From Gaiellaceae bacterium (GTDB lineage Bacteria > Actinomycetota > Thermoleophilia > Gaiellales > Gaiellaceae): a stretch of 64,000 nucleotides of DNA. Position 1 is the first letter of the stretch. Every line of letters begins with the position of its first letter. Positions 1-8,425 of the stretch are shown here, piece after piece. The DNA lies in the NCBI GenBank assembly GCA_046594445.1, contig JBKJSM010000075.1:23819-87818 (forward strand). Direction: 5' to 3'. Made by a program: the position numbers and the translations under genes. The notes under the pieces were generated by a model that did no database searches, was not told the origin of the DNA, and saw only the letters and a list, made by a program, of their open reading frames with translations.

Positions 1-368
1 TGATGGTGGTCGACGTTGATCGTGAACCGGGTCTGATGGAGGACGGCCGGGTCAGGACCCATCCTGGCCTCGTTCGCGCAGTCGACGGCGAGGAGCGCGC
101 GCTCGGCCGCATCCGCCGGCAGCTCCCGGAGCAGATCCCCGAACGACAGGAAGCCGTATTCGCCGGGGAGCGGCACCGGGCCTGCGAGGAACATGACGCT
201 GTCCTTCCCGAGCGCACGCAGCCCGAGGTGGGACGCGAGCAGCGAGCCGAGCGCGTCGCCGTCCGGATTCTCGTGCGTCGTGACGAGGAAGCGGTCGTGC
301 CCCCGGATCGCGTCGACGGCCGCCCTGAGGTCAGCTTGCGTCGTCGTCTGTTTCTGGGGCGAGCTCAT
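1..368 (-). CDS. DHH-family phosphoesterase (NrnA-like oligoribonuclease/pAp phosphatase), N-terminal part; continues past left edge
   Basis: Own translation of the minus strand from ATG at 368: MSSPQKQTTTQADLRAAVDAIRGHDRFLVTTHENPDGDALGSLLASHLGL...INVDHH. It has the NPDGDALGS and DHH motifs. Not in the ORF track because it is truncated. Overlaps the rbfA 3' end by 38 nt. Confidence 0.7.
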   Translation of the reverse strand, partial: MSSPQKQTTTQADLRAAVDAIRGHDRFLVTTHENPDGDALGSLLASHLGLRALGKDSVMFLAGPVPLPGEYGFLSFGDLLRELPADAAERALLAVDCANEARMGPDPAVLHQTRFTINVDHH

Positions 369-687
369 CGATGAGTTGGGACATCCGCACGCCGTGCTCG
401 ACCGCATGATCGTATGCGAACGTGAGCAGCGGGGTTCGCTTCATCCGGAGCTCGCGGGAGATCCGGGCCTGCAGCACTCCGTGCGCGCGGTCGAGGCACG
501 CCATGCTGGCGCTTCGCTTCTTCTCACCGCCGAAGACGCTGACGTAGACGGTCGCCTGGCGCAAATCCTGCGACGCCCGGACACCCGTGACGGTGACGAA
601 GCCGATCCGCGGGTCCTTCAGCTCGAGCAAGGCCTCGGAGAGGACCTGGCGAAGCGACTCGTTCACTCTCCGCATCCGCTCGGCCAT
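331..687 (-). CDS. rbfA: ribosome-binding factor A
   Basis: C-terminal part of ORF 331..1149. The internal ATG at 687 gives MAERMRRVNESLRQVLSEALLELKDPRIGFVTVTGVRASQDLRQATVYVSV..., typical RbfA. It follows infB as in most bacteria. Confidence 0.9.
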   Translation of the reverse strand: MAERMRRVNESLRQVLSEALLELKDPRIGFVTVTGVRASQDLRQATVYVSVFGGEKKRSASMACLDRAHGVLQARISRELRMKRTPLLTFAYDHAVEHGVRMSQLIDELAPETDDDAS

Positions 688-713
688 CGTTCTACCGTAG
701 CGAGCCTCGCCTC

Positions 714-1013
714 TCAGTCGTCGAGCGTGACGAGCTGGCGCTCGACCGGACCGAGCTCCCACTCGCGCGAGGCGAGGTAGCGCTCGGCGTCCGCGAGCAG
801 CCGGTCCGCCTCGCCGGGCTCTCGGGTGACGACGGCCGCCGTGATCCGGGCCCGCTGCCAGAGCTCGTGGTGGTCGACCTCGGCGACCGAGGCTCCGAAG
901 CGGTTCTTCAACTGCTCCTTCGCGGAGCGGACGTGCATGCGCTTCTCCTTGAGCGAGTGCGCCTCGGGGAAGTGCAGCTCGGCGGAGAGGATCCCGACCC
1001 AGCCGGCGGGCAT
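714..1013 (-). CDS. DUF503 (YlxP-like) protein
   Basis: 99 aa with ...AELHFPEAHSLKEKRMHVRSAKEQLKNRFGASVAEVDHHELWQRA..., matching the DUF503 pattern. Canonical position between infB and rbfA. Confidence 0.8.
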   Translation of the reverse strand: MPAGWVGILSAELHFPEAHSLKEKRMHVRSAKEQLKNRFGASVAEVDHHELWQRARITAAVVTREPGEADRLLADAERYLASREWELGPVERQLVTLDD

Positions 1014-1016
1014 GCC

Positions 1017-2990
1017 CTAGGAAGCGGTAGCGGCCGGCGTCGTCCCGGCGGGCTCGTCGAGCGACGTCCGCTCGACCTGGCGCGTCTCGTAGGCCTCGAG
1101 CACGTCGTCTTCCTTCACGTCGTTGAAGCCGTCGAGCAGGATCCCGCACTCGAAGCCCTCGGCGACCTCGCGCGCGTCCTCCTTGAACCGCCTCAGCTGG
1201 GAGATCGTGGTGTCGTAGATCACCGTGCCGTCGCGGACGACGCGCACCTGAGAGTTCCGCTTGACGATTCCCTGCGTGATCATGCAGCCGGCGATCGTGC
1301 CCAGGCGCGAGACCTTGAACAGCGCGCGCACCTCGGCCTCGCCCGTGATCTCCTCGGTCTGGACGGCGGAGAGCATGCCGACGAGCGCCTGCTCGATGTC
1401 CTCGGTGAGCTGGTAGATGACGCGGTAGGTGCGGATGTCGACGCCCTCGCGCTCGGCGAGCTGCCGCGCCTCGGTGTTCGGGCGGACGTTGAAGCCGACG
1501 ACGAGCGCGTTCGAGGTCGCTGCGAGCATGATGTCGCCCTCGGTGATCGCGCCGACGCCCTGGTGGATCACGTTGACGCGCACCTCGGGATGCTCGATCT
1601 TCGCGAGCTCGGACACCGCCGCCTCGACCGACCCGCCGACGTCGCCCTTCAGAATCATGTTCAAGTCCTGGACGGCGCCCGCCTGGAGGGCGGAGAACAA
1701 CGACTCGAGCGAGACACCGCTTTTCGAGCGCTGCGCCTGCTGCTCGGTGCGCAGCCGCTGCGCCCGGCGCTGGGCGAGGTTCCGGGCCTCGCGGTCGTCC
1801 TCGACGACGCGCGCCAGCTCGCCGGCCGGCGGCGGCACGTTGAAGCCGAGGATCTCGACCGGAGTGCCGGGGCGAGCCTCCTTGACCTTCTCGCCGCGGT
1901 AGTCGTAGAGCGCGCGGACCTTGCCGTGCGCGTCGCCCGCGACGATCGCGTCGCCCACCCGCAGCGTGCCGCGGTGGACGAGCATCGTCGCGACCGGGCC
2001 GCGACCGACGTCCAGGCGCGACTCGATGATCGGGCCGGAGGCGTCCGCGTTCGGGTTCGCCGTCAGCTCGAGCTCGGCGTCCGCGACGAGCAACACCTTC
2101 TCGAGCAGGTCGTCGAGGTTCGTCTTCTGCTTCGCCGAGACGTTGGAGAACTGGACGGTGCCGCCCCAGTCCTCGGGCTGGAGGCCCTCGGCGGCGAGGT
2201 CGGCCTTGACGCGGTCCGGGTTCGCGTCGGGCATGTCCATCTTGTTGACCGCAACGACGATCGGGACGCCGGCGGCCCGCGCGTGGGAGATCGACTCCTT
2301 CGTCTGCGGCATGACGCTGTCGTCCGCGGCGACGACGAGGACGGCGATGTCCGTCACCTTGGCGCCGCGGGCACGCATGGCAGTGAAGGCCTCATGGCCC
2401 GGCGTGTCGAGGAAAGTGATTTTGCGACCATTGACATCGGCCTGGTAGGCGCCGATGTGCTGCGTGATCCCGCCGGCCTCGGTCTCGACGACAGCCGCCT
2501 CGCGGATCGCGTCGAGCAGCGTCGTCTTGCCGTGGTCGACGTGGCCCATGATCGTTACCACCGGCGGCCTCGGCACGAGATCGGCCTCGGCGTCCTCGAA
2601 GACCTCCGGCACCTCTTCCTCGTCCGCGGCGTGCTTGATCGTGATCTCGCGGTCGAGCTCCGTCCCGATCAGCTCGACTTCCTCGTCGGAGAGCGACTGC
2701 GTGATCTGGATCATCTGGCCGAGCCCCATCATGATCTTGATGATCTGGACGGCGGGAACGCCGAGCAACTGCGAGAAGTCGCGCACCGAGACCCCCGACG
2801 GCACCGTCACGGGGCCGGTCGGCTGGACGATCTCGCGCGGCGGCGCCTTGGGCACGTCGCTGCGACCGCGGCCCTGGCGCGTGTCGCGCGGACGCTGGCC
2901 GCCGCTGTCGATCACGACGCGGCGCTTCCGGCCGGGCGCACCCTGGCGGGGGCGGATCGGGCGGTTGGGCTTGTTGGGCTCGTCAGCCAT
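1017..2990 (-). CDS. infB: translation initiation factor IF-2
   Basis: 657 aa. GTPase motifs VTIMGHVDHGKTTLLD, DTPGHEAF, NKMD. Basic N-terminus and C-terminal IF2 domains. Confidence 0.97.
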   Translation of the reverse strand: MADEPNKPNRPIRPRQGAPGRKRRVVIDSGGQRPRDTRQGRGRSDVPKAPPREIVQPTGPVTVPSGVSVRDFSQLLGVPAVQIIKIMMGLGQMIQITQSLSDEEVELIGTELDREITIKHAADEEEVPEVFEDAEADLVPRPPVVTIMGHVDHGKTTLLDAIREAAVVETEAGGITQHIGAYQADVNGRKITFLDTPGHEAFTAMRARGAKVTDIAVLVVAADDSVMPQTKESISHARAAGVPIVVAVNKMDMPDANPDRVKADLAAEGLQPEDWGGTVQFSNVSAKQKTNLDDLLEKVLLVADAELELTANPNADASGPIIESRLDVGRGPVATMLVHRGTLRVGDAIVAGDAHGKVRALYDYRGEKVKEARPGTPVEILGFNVPPPAGELARVVEDDREARNLAQRRAQRLRTEQQAQRSKSGVSLESLFSALQAGAVQDLNMILKGDVGGSVEAAVSELAKIEHPEVRVNVIHQGVGAITEGDIMLAATSNALVVGFNVRPNTEARQLAEREGVDIRTYRVIYQLTEDIEQALVGMLSAVQTEEITGEAEVRALFKVSRLGTIAGCMITQGIVKRNSQVRVVRDGTVIYDTTISQLRRFKEDAREVAEGFECGILLDGFNDVKEDDVLEAYETRQVERTSLDEPAGTTPAATAS

Positions 2991-3246
2991 CAGCGGACGA
3001 TTCTAGTTGCAGGCCGTAGAGACGCGAAAGCTCGGGATCCACGCAGACCGTTTGCCGCAGCACGCGGTTGAACGCCCGCGCTGCGACCGCGCGCTCGAAG
3101 CAGGCGAGCCGCCGGCAGGTGTACGCCCCACGGCCGGGCTCCGTTCGCCCCGGGACAAGCTGCTGCCGGCGCGCGGCGAAGCGCACGAGCTCCTCCTGCG
3201 GCGCCTTGCGTCCGCAACCCGCGCACGTTCGCTCCGGCGAGGTCAT
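2983..3246 (-). CDS. YlxR/DUF448 family RNA-binding protein
   Basis: 87 aa starting MTSPERTCAGCGRKAPQEELVRF...GRGAYTC, the typical YlxR motif. Lies between nusA and infB and is ATGA-coupled to the nusA stop. Confidence 0.85.
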   Translation of the reverse strand: MTSPERTCAGCGRKAPQEELVRFAARRQQLVPGRTEPGRGAYTCRRLACFERAVAARAFNRVLRQTVCVDPELSRLYGLQLESSADG

Positions 3247-4640
3247 GCAGCAGGGCTCTCGTCCTCCCCGGCCTCGGGCGCGGGCACGTCATCGGTCTCC
3301 GCGACCACGGCGACCGGCTGGAGCTCCTCGGCCTCCGCGGGGGTCGCGACCTCCTCGACCGCCTCCTCGGGCGGCTCCTGGCCGACCATCTCCTTGTGGG
3401 CCGGGACGCCGCAGTAGCGCGTGCCGGGCAGGGCGGCGTTCGGGCAGCGCTTCCCGTTCGAGAGGATGGCGCCGCAGCGGCCGGAGTAGTCCCCGGAACC
3501 CTCGCTGTCGCCGGCGTAGGCGGCCTCTGCCTCGGCCTGGGCGAACTCCTCGTCGGACTGAATGTCGACCTTCCAGCCGGTCAGGCGCGCGGCAAGACGA
3601 GCGTTCAGCCCGTCCTTGCCGATCGCGAGCGCCAGCTGGTCGTTCGGGACGACGACCGTCGCCTCCTTGGTCTCGTCGTCGATATAGACCTCGCGCACGC
3701 GCGCGGGCGAGAGCGCCTTCGCGACGAACCGGGCGGGCTCGTTGTTCCACGGGATGATGTCGATCTTCTCGCCGCGCAGCTCGGAGACGACCATGCGGAC
3801 GCGGGAGCCGCGAGGGCCGACGCAGGCGCCGACCGGGTCGACGCCCTGGGCGTGCGACTCGACGGCGATCTTGGCGCGGTAGCCGGGCTCGCGCGCGACG
3901 CCGCGGATCTCGACGAGGCCGTCCGCGATCTCGGGCACCTCGAGCTCGAAGAGCGTCTTGATCAGCTCCGGATCGCGCCGCGAGAGGATCACCTGCGGGC
4001 CCTTGGTGCCGGAGCGGACCTCGGTGATCACGGCCTTGATCCGCGAGCCCTGCTCGTAGCGCTCGCCGTCGACCTGCTCGGAGCGCGGCAGGAGCGCCTC
4101 AACCTTGCCGAGGTCGACGAGCACGTTATTGCGGTCTCCGGCCTGCTGAACGATGCCGGTGACGACCTGGCCCTGCTTGTCGATGTACTCCTCGTACATC
4201 ATCGCGCGCTCCGCCTCGCGGATCCGCTGCTGGATCACCTGCTTGGCCGTCATCGCGGCGATCCGGCCGAAGTCGCTCGGGGTGACATCTGCGCGGGCGA
4301 TCAGCTCCTCGGGGACCTGGTCCCAGTCGAGCTCGAGCTCGTCCTGGTTGATCAGGGTGTGCTGCTTCTCACCCGTCTCCTCCTCGAGCCGCTCCAGCTC
4401 CTCGATCTTCGCCTCCATCGCCTCGTCGAGCAGGCGCGCCTCGAGGTCGTCGGGGATCTCGATCGAAAAGACGCGGAACTCGCCCTCGTCGTCGAGCTCG
4501 ACTGCCGCGTGCCTGGCCGCGCCGGGGGTCTTCTTGTAGGCGGCGAGCAGCGCATCTTCGAGCGCGCTGACGACCGTGTTCTCCTCGATCCCCTTCTCGC
4601 GCTCGAGACCGCGGATGTGCTCGATGATCTCCTGGGACAC
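3243..4640 (-). CDS. nusA: transcription termination/antitermination factor NusA with Cys3His plus acidic C-terminal extension
   Basis: 465 aa. N-terminal domain, S1 and KH regions are recognisable (…VVTGIVQQ…, …GACVGPRGSRV…, …LAIGKDGLNARLAARLTGWKVDI…). Confidence 0.95.
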   Translation of the reverse strand: MSQEIIEHIRGLEREKGIEENTVVSALEDALLAAYKKTPGAARHAAVELDDEGEFRVFSIEIPDDLEARLLDEAMEAKIEELERLEEETGEKQHTLINQDELELDWDQVPEELIARADVTPSDFGRIAAMTAKQVIQQRIREAERAMMYEEYIDKQGQVVTGIVQQAGDRNNVLVDLGKVEALLPRSEQVDGERYEQGSRIKAVITEVRSGTKGPQVILSRRDPELIKTLFELEVPEIADGLVEIRGVAREPGYRAKIAVESHAQGVDPVGACVGPRGSRVRMVVSELRGEKIDIIPWNNEPARFVAKALSPARVREVYIDDETKEATVVVPNDQLALAIGKDGLNARLAARLTGWKVDIQSDEEFAQAEAEAAYAGDSEGSGDYSGRCGAILSNGKRCPNAALPGTRYCGVPAHKEMVGQEPPEEAVEEVATPAEAEELQPVAVVAETDDVPAPEAGEDESPAA

Positions 4641-4649
4641 GGCTCGCTC

Positions 4650-5078
4650 CTAGCTTTCGTGGATCAGGTTGCCCCGGACGATCTGGTCGTACGGGATCTC
4701 GATTGAGTCGTCGCCCGCCTGGACGACGACGGCGCGCGCGTCCGCGCTCAGAACCTCGCCCCTGAGGCGCTTGCGCTCGGGGGTGCGCAGCGCGACCGTG
4801 CGACCGATGGCGTTGCGGAAGTGCTCGGGCTTGCGGAGCGGGCGCTCGATTCCCGGCGAAGAGACGTCGATCGCGTACTCGGTCCGGTAGTCGCGCAGGA
4901 GCTCGGTGACGCGCGCGCAGAGCGCGTGGTCGACCCCGCCCACGTGGTCGACGAAGACGGTGAAGCGATCGGGGCCGGCGAGCTCGACGGCGAGCACCTC
5001 TACGCCCGGAAGGGCCGTCTCGACCTCGCGTTCGATCTGCTTCTGCAGCGTTCGCTCCTTTTCGTGCGTCGCGCTCAT
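4650..5078 (-). CDS. rimP: ribosome maturation factor RimP
   Basis: Last 142 aa of ORF 4650..6956, from the ATG at 5078: MSATHEKERTLQKQIEREVETALPGVEVLAVEL...DVSSPGIERPLRKPEHF. GAGGAG lies upstream of the ATG. Confidence 0.9.
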   Translation of the reverse strand: MSATHEKERTLQKQIEREVETALPGVEVLAVELAGPDRFTVFVDHVGGVDHALCARVTELLRDYRTEYAIDVSSPGIERPLRKPEHFRNAIGRTVALRTPERKRLRGEVLSADARAVVVQAGDDSIEIPYDQIVRGNLIHES

Positions 5079-5103
5079 GGTTCTCCTCGAAATGCTGGCC
5101 CTT

Positions 5104-5133
5104 TCAACAAAAATGGGCGCGGCGCGCCCATTT
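5104..5133 (-). terminator. intrinsic terminator downstream of dtd
   Basis: Minus-strand RNA reads AAAUGGGCGC-GCC-GCGCCCAUUU followed by UUGUUGA. This is a 10-bp GC-rich stem plus a U-tract, about 70 nt after the dtd stop. Confidence 0.7.
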
Positions 5134-5203
5134 CGTCCAGCAGGTGAAAATGGTCTCTGGAGTGTAGCAAGGAGGGGTCGGCGAGGCGACGCCGCGGCGT
5201 GGC

Positions 5204-5635
5204 TCACAGGACGATCGTGACCGGGCCGTCGTTGACGAGCTCGACCTCCATGCGGGTGCCGAAGACGCCCTGCTCGACCGGGATGCCGAGGTCGCGCAGC
5301 GCCGCACAGAAGCGCTCGTAGAGCGGCTCGGCGCGCTCGGGCGCCGCGGCCGCGGTGAAGCTCGGCCGGTTCCCCCTGCCCGTGTCGGCGAGCAGCGTGA
5401 ACTGACTGACGACGAGCGCGGCGCCTTCGACGTCGAGCAAGGAGCGGTCGAAGCGACCCTCGTCGTTCTCGAAGATCCGCAGCCGGGCGACCTTCCCCGC
5501 CAGGCGCACCGCCTCGTCCTCGTCGTCCTCCGCCCCGACTCCGAGCAAGACGACGACTCCGGCGCCGATCTCCCCGGATACCCGGCCGTTCACGCGAGCC
5601 GCCGCCCGCGTGACCCGCTGCAAGACGACTCTCAT
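5204..5635 (-). CDS. dtd: D-aminoacyl-tRNA deacylase
   Basis: 143 aa: [11 protein letters not shown]...VVLLGVG..DDE...KV..LRIFEND...[24 protein letters not shown], typical Dtd. Confidence 0.92.
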   Translation of the reverse strand: MRVVLQRVTRAAARVNGRVSGEIGAGVVVLLGVGAEDDEDEAVRLAGKVARLRIFENDEGRFDRSLLDVEGAALVVSQFTLLADTGRGNRPSFTAAAAPERAEPLYERFCAALRDLGIPVEQGVFGTRMEVELVNDGPVTIVL

Positions 5636-7394
5636 GTCGCTCGCGACTATGACCGATAAAACATCGGTGGAAGCGGCCTCCTTTCCTCCTCCCCTGCCCG
5701 TGGAGCTCTACGCGGCCCCGCAGGGTCGCCCTCAGCTCGGATCGTTGCTCCTTCGGGACGGCGCGGTCACGCTCGAGCAGCTCGAGTTCTGCCTCTCGGA
5801 GAAGGAAGCGAACGACGGCCGGCTGGGCGAGATCCTGCTCGGCCACGGGTACGCCTCGGGCGCCCAGATCGCGAGGGCGCTCGCAGAGCAGCACGGCCTC
5901 GACTACCTCGAGCTCGGGCGCGTGGAGATCGACCCGTCGGCGATCACCTTGCTCCCGGAGACGGTCGCGCGCAGGCTCGGCGCCCTGCCGATCTGCTTCA
6001 CCGCCGACGACGTCGTCCTGATCGCCGTCTCCGATCCGACGGACGTGCTCGCCTCCGACGACCTGCGACTCGCACTCGGGCTCCAAATCCGGCTCGCCGT
6101 GGTCGCCACGGACGACCTGGTGAAGACGATCGAGCGTTGCTACCGCTCGAACGTCCTCGTCGAGATGGAGGAGCTGAGCGTCTCCACTCCGGCCGAGGCG
6201 ATCGAGGACGTGCGCGACGGCAGCGCCACGAACGCGCCGGCGATCAAGCTCGCAAACCAGATCATCGCCAAGGCGATCGAGGACGGCGCCTCGGACATCC
6301 ACTTCGAGCCGCAAGCGCACGCGATGGTGGTGCGGGCGCGGATCGACGGCGTCATGCGCCGGGTCGCCGAGGTGCCGAAGAGCCTTCAGCCCGCGATCAC
6401 GAGCCGCCTGAAGATCATGGGCGAGCTCGACATCGCCGACCGGCGGATCCCCCAAGACGGCAGGATCTCGATCCGCTACGGCGGCGCCCCGATGGACCTT
6501 CGCGTCGCCGTCCTGCCGACGACGCACGGCGAGCAGGTCGTGCTCCGGATCCTGCATCAGGCGTCCGGCCGGCTCAGCTTGCCCGACCTCGGCATGAGCG
6601 AGGCCGCCGAGGCCGCCTTCACGCGCGCGGTCAAGCAGCCGTACGGCGCCGTGATCGCGTGCGGGCCGACAGGCTCCGGGAAGACCACCACTCTCTACGC
6701 GGCGCTCGAGTTCCTGAACGACGAGACGCAGACGCTGACGACGATCGAGGATCCCGTCGAGTACCAGATCCCGGGCGTGAACCAGGTCGAGGTGAACGCG
6801 CGCGCCGGGCTGACGTTCTCGCGCGGCCTCCGGACGATCCTGCGCTCCGACCCCGACATCCTCCTCGTCGGCGAGATTCGCGACGAGGAGACTGCCCGGA
6901 TCGCGATCCAGGCGGCGATGACCGGCCACCTCGTCCTGACCACGCTGCACACGCACAACGCGGCGAGCTCGATCGCGCGACTGCGGGACATGGGCGTCGA
7001 GCAGTCCCTGCTGGCGGCGTCCGTCAACTGCATCGTCGCCCAGCGCCTGGCCCGGCGGCTCTGCCTCGAGTGCCGCGAGGCCTATGTCCCGACCGCCGAG
7101 GAGTTGGCGGCCGAGGCCATCGAAGGGTTCGGGCTCGAGAACGAGACGCTCTATCGCCCGCGCGGCTGCGGTGTCTGCTCGTCGACCGGCTACAACGGCC
7201 GCGTCGCCCTCTACGAGGTCATGCCCGTGCAGGGGAAGATCCGCAGGCTGATCGAGGCGTCGACCGAGGAGATCTTTGCCGCGGCGGTCGAGGCCGGCAT
7301 GACCACCCTGCGCGAGGACGGAATCCGCCTCTGCCGCGTCGGCGTCTCCTCGCTCGAGGAGATCCGCAGAGTCACCGGCGACCGGCTGATGTAG
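5634..7394 (+). CDS. GspE/PilB-family secretion ATPase with N-terminal MshEN-like domain
   Basis: Walker [10 protein letters not shown], Asp box, Walker [10 protein letters not shown], His box, and tetracysteine CxxC...CxxC (CLECRE...CGVCSSTGY). I placed the start at ATG 5634. The ORF track starts at GTG 5610, which would overlap dtd. Confidence 0.9.
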   Translation: MSLATMTDKTSVEAASFPPPLPVELYAAPQGRPQLGSLLLRDGAVTLEQLEFCLSEKEANDGRLGEILLGHGYASGAQIARALAEQHGLDYLELGRVEIDPSAITLLPETVARRLGALPICFTADDVVLIAVSDPTDVLASDDLRLALGLQIRLAVVATDDLVKTIERCYRSNVLVEMEELSVSTPAEAIEDVRDGSATNAPAIKLANQIIAKAIEDGASDIHFEPQAHAMVVRARIDGVMRRVAEVPKSLQPAITSRLKIMGELDIADRRIPQDGRISIRYGGAPMDLRVAVLPTTHGEQVVLRILHQASGRLSLPDLGMSEAAEAAFTRAVKQPYGAVIACGPTGSGKTTTLYAALEFLNDETQTLTTIEDPVEYQIPGVNQVEVNARAGLTFSRGLRTILRSDPDILLVGEIRDEETARIAIQAAMTGHLVLTTLHTHNAASSIARLRDMGVEQSLLAASVNCIVAQRLARRLCLECREAYVPTAEELAAEAIEGFGLENETLYRPRGCGVCSSTGYNGRVALYEVMPVQGKIRRLIEASTEEIFAAAVEAGMTTLREDGIRLCRVGVSSLEEIRRVTGDRLM

Positions 7395-7403
7395 CTCGGA
7401 GGG

Positions 7404-7757
7404 CTACTCGCCGAGCTCCATGATCCGCTCGGCGTAGTGCGGGCTGTTCGGCGAGAGCGAGCTCGCCAGCTTGTAGTGGCCGTTCGCCTCCGCGTCCCGG
7501 CCCTGCTTCTCGAGCGCGCGCCCGAGCGCGTAATGCGCGTAGTCGTCCGCCGGCGAGAGCTCGAGCACCGCTCGGAACTCGGCTTCGGCCTCCTTCCAGC
7601 GCTGGATGCGGAAGTAGGCGATGCCGAGCGACTCGCGGATCGAGGCCTTGTCGGGCTCGAGCTTCTTTGCCTTCTCGAGCGCGACGGTCGCCTGCGCCGC
7701 CATCCCCTGCTTCAGGCGGTCGCGCCCCTGCTGGAAGAGGTCGTATGCGTCGGTCAC
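7404..7757 (-). CDS. TPR-repeat protein
   Basis: C-terminal 117 aa of ORF 7404..8285: VTDAYDLFQQGRDRLKQGMAAQATVALEKAKKLEPDKASIRESLGIAYF...ALGRALEKQGRDAEA. GTG start at 7757 overlaps the upstream stop (GTGA), and GAGGAA lies 5 nt upstream. Confidence 0.75.
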   Translation of the reverse strand: MTDAYDLFQQGRDRLKQGMAAQATVALEKAKKLEPDKASIRESLGIAYFRIQRWKEAEAEFRAVLELSPADDYAHYALGRALEKQGRDAEANGHYKLASSLSPNSPHYAERIMELGE

Positions 7758-8425
7758 AGGTTCCTCAGGTAGGGGAAGTTCTCCTCGAGCAGGTCGAACG
7801 GCGTCGTGAGGCCTCGCGTCGGGCCGATCTCGATCCCCGCCACCCGCTCTCCCGCGTCGATCGCCTGTTGAAACGCCGTTGCCAGCTCGAACGGTGCCTG
7901 CCCGGGCCGCGCTTCGACGAACGGTGCGACGCGAGGGCCTACCGCCCAGAGCGGCGCTCCCGCGCGGCCCTCTCCGAGCACGCGCTCGACGCGGCCGTTC
8001 CTGACCTCCACTGTCCCCGGCCGCTGCTCGACTGCCAGCGCCCCTGCCGCGCCGGAGTCGACGAATCCGGCGGCGAACGCGGCCACGTCCCCGGGGGCAA
8101 AGACCATGTCGGCGCCGACGACGAGGTACGGGGGCACTGCGCCCGCAGCGAGCACCGCGTCCGCCGAGCCGTCCGGGGCCGTCTGCCGCGCGTAGGCGAC
8201 CGGCACCCCGAAGCCGCTGCCGTCCCCGGCGAGCCGCTCGACCTGCTCGGCCAGGTGCCCGGTCACGATCGTCACCCGCGGGCATCCGGCCGCCTTGAGC
8301 TCCCGGAGCAGGATTGCGAGCACGGGGCTGCCGTCGACGGGCAGCACGGCCTTCGCGAACCGCTCGGTCAACGGTCGTAGCCGCGTCCCTAGCCCGGCCG
8401 CGATCACGACCGCCGGGATGCTCAC
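7754..8425 (-). CDS. sugar-phosphate nucleotidyltransferase family protein
   Basis: 223 aa. The N-terminal IAAGLGTRLRPLT...KAVLPV motif belongs to the NTP_transferase family. Confidence 0.8.
   Translation of the reverse strand: MSIPAVVIAAGLGTRLRPLTERFAKAVLPVDGSPVLAILLRELKAAGCPRVTIVTGHLAEQVERLAGDGSGFGVPVAYARQTAPDGSADAVLAAGAVPPYLVVGADMVFAPGDVAAFAAGFVDSGAAGALAVEQRPGTVEVRNGRVERVLGEGRAGAPLWAVGPRVAPFVEARPGQAPFELATAFQQAIDAGERVAGIEIGPTRGLTTPFDLLEENFPYLRNL

Noticed and set aside
867-3071. 734-aa plus-strand ORF, with similar long ORFs at 3396..4706, 8314..10647, 17789..19963, 21073..22566, 23378..25021, 51049..54072 and 59586..61544
   Set aside because: All lie antisense or out of frame to genes with unmistakable conserved motifs (infB, nusA, the tgpA-like gene, carB, pyrC, rnz, gap/M32, uvrC). 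Their products are Arg/Ala/Gly/Asp/Leu-rich and low in complexity. These are typical stop-codon-poor shadow frames of GC-rich DNA.
5079-5203. Possible third copy of the intercistronic element (dtd|rimP gap), and likewise 47528..47633
   Set aside because: Both gaps contain an anti-SD (CCUCCU / CUCCUG) that can pair with the downstream SD. They lack the conserved 14- and 13-nt core blocks, the central hairpin and the ~165-nt geometry. The first is better explained by a canonical terminator.
5079-6956. Upstream 626 aa of the 768-aa ORF 4650..6956
   Set aside because: Only the last 142 aa are RimP-like, with their own ATG and GAGGAG. The rest is antisense to dtd and the PilB-like ATPase and crosses an intrinsic terminator.
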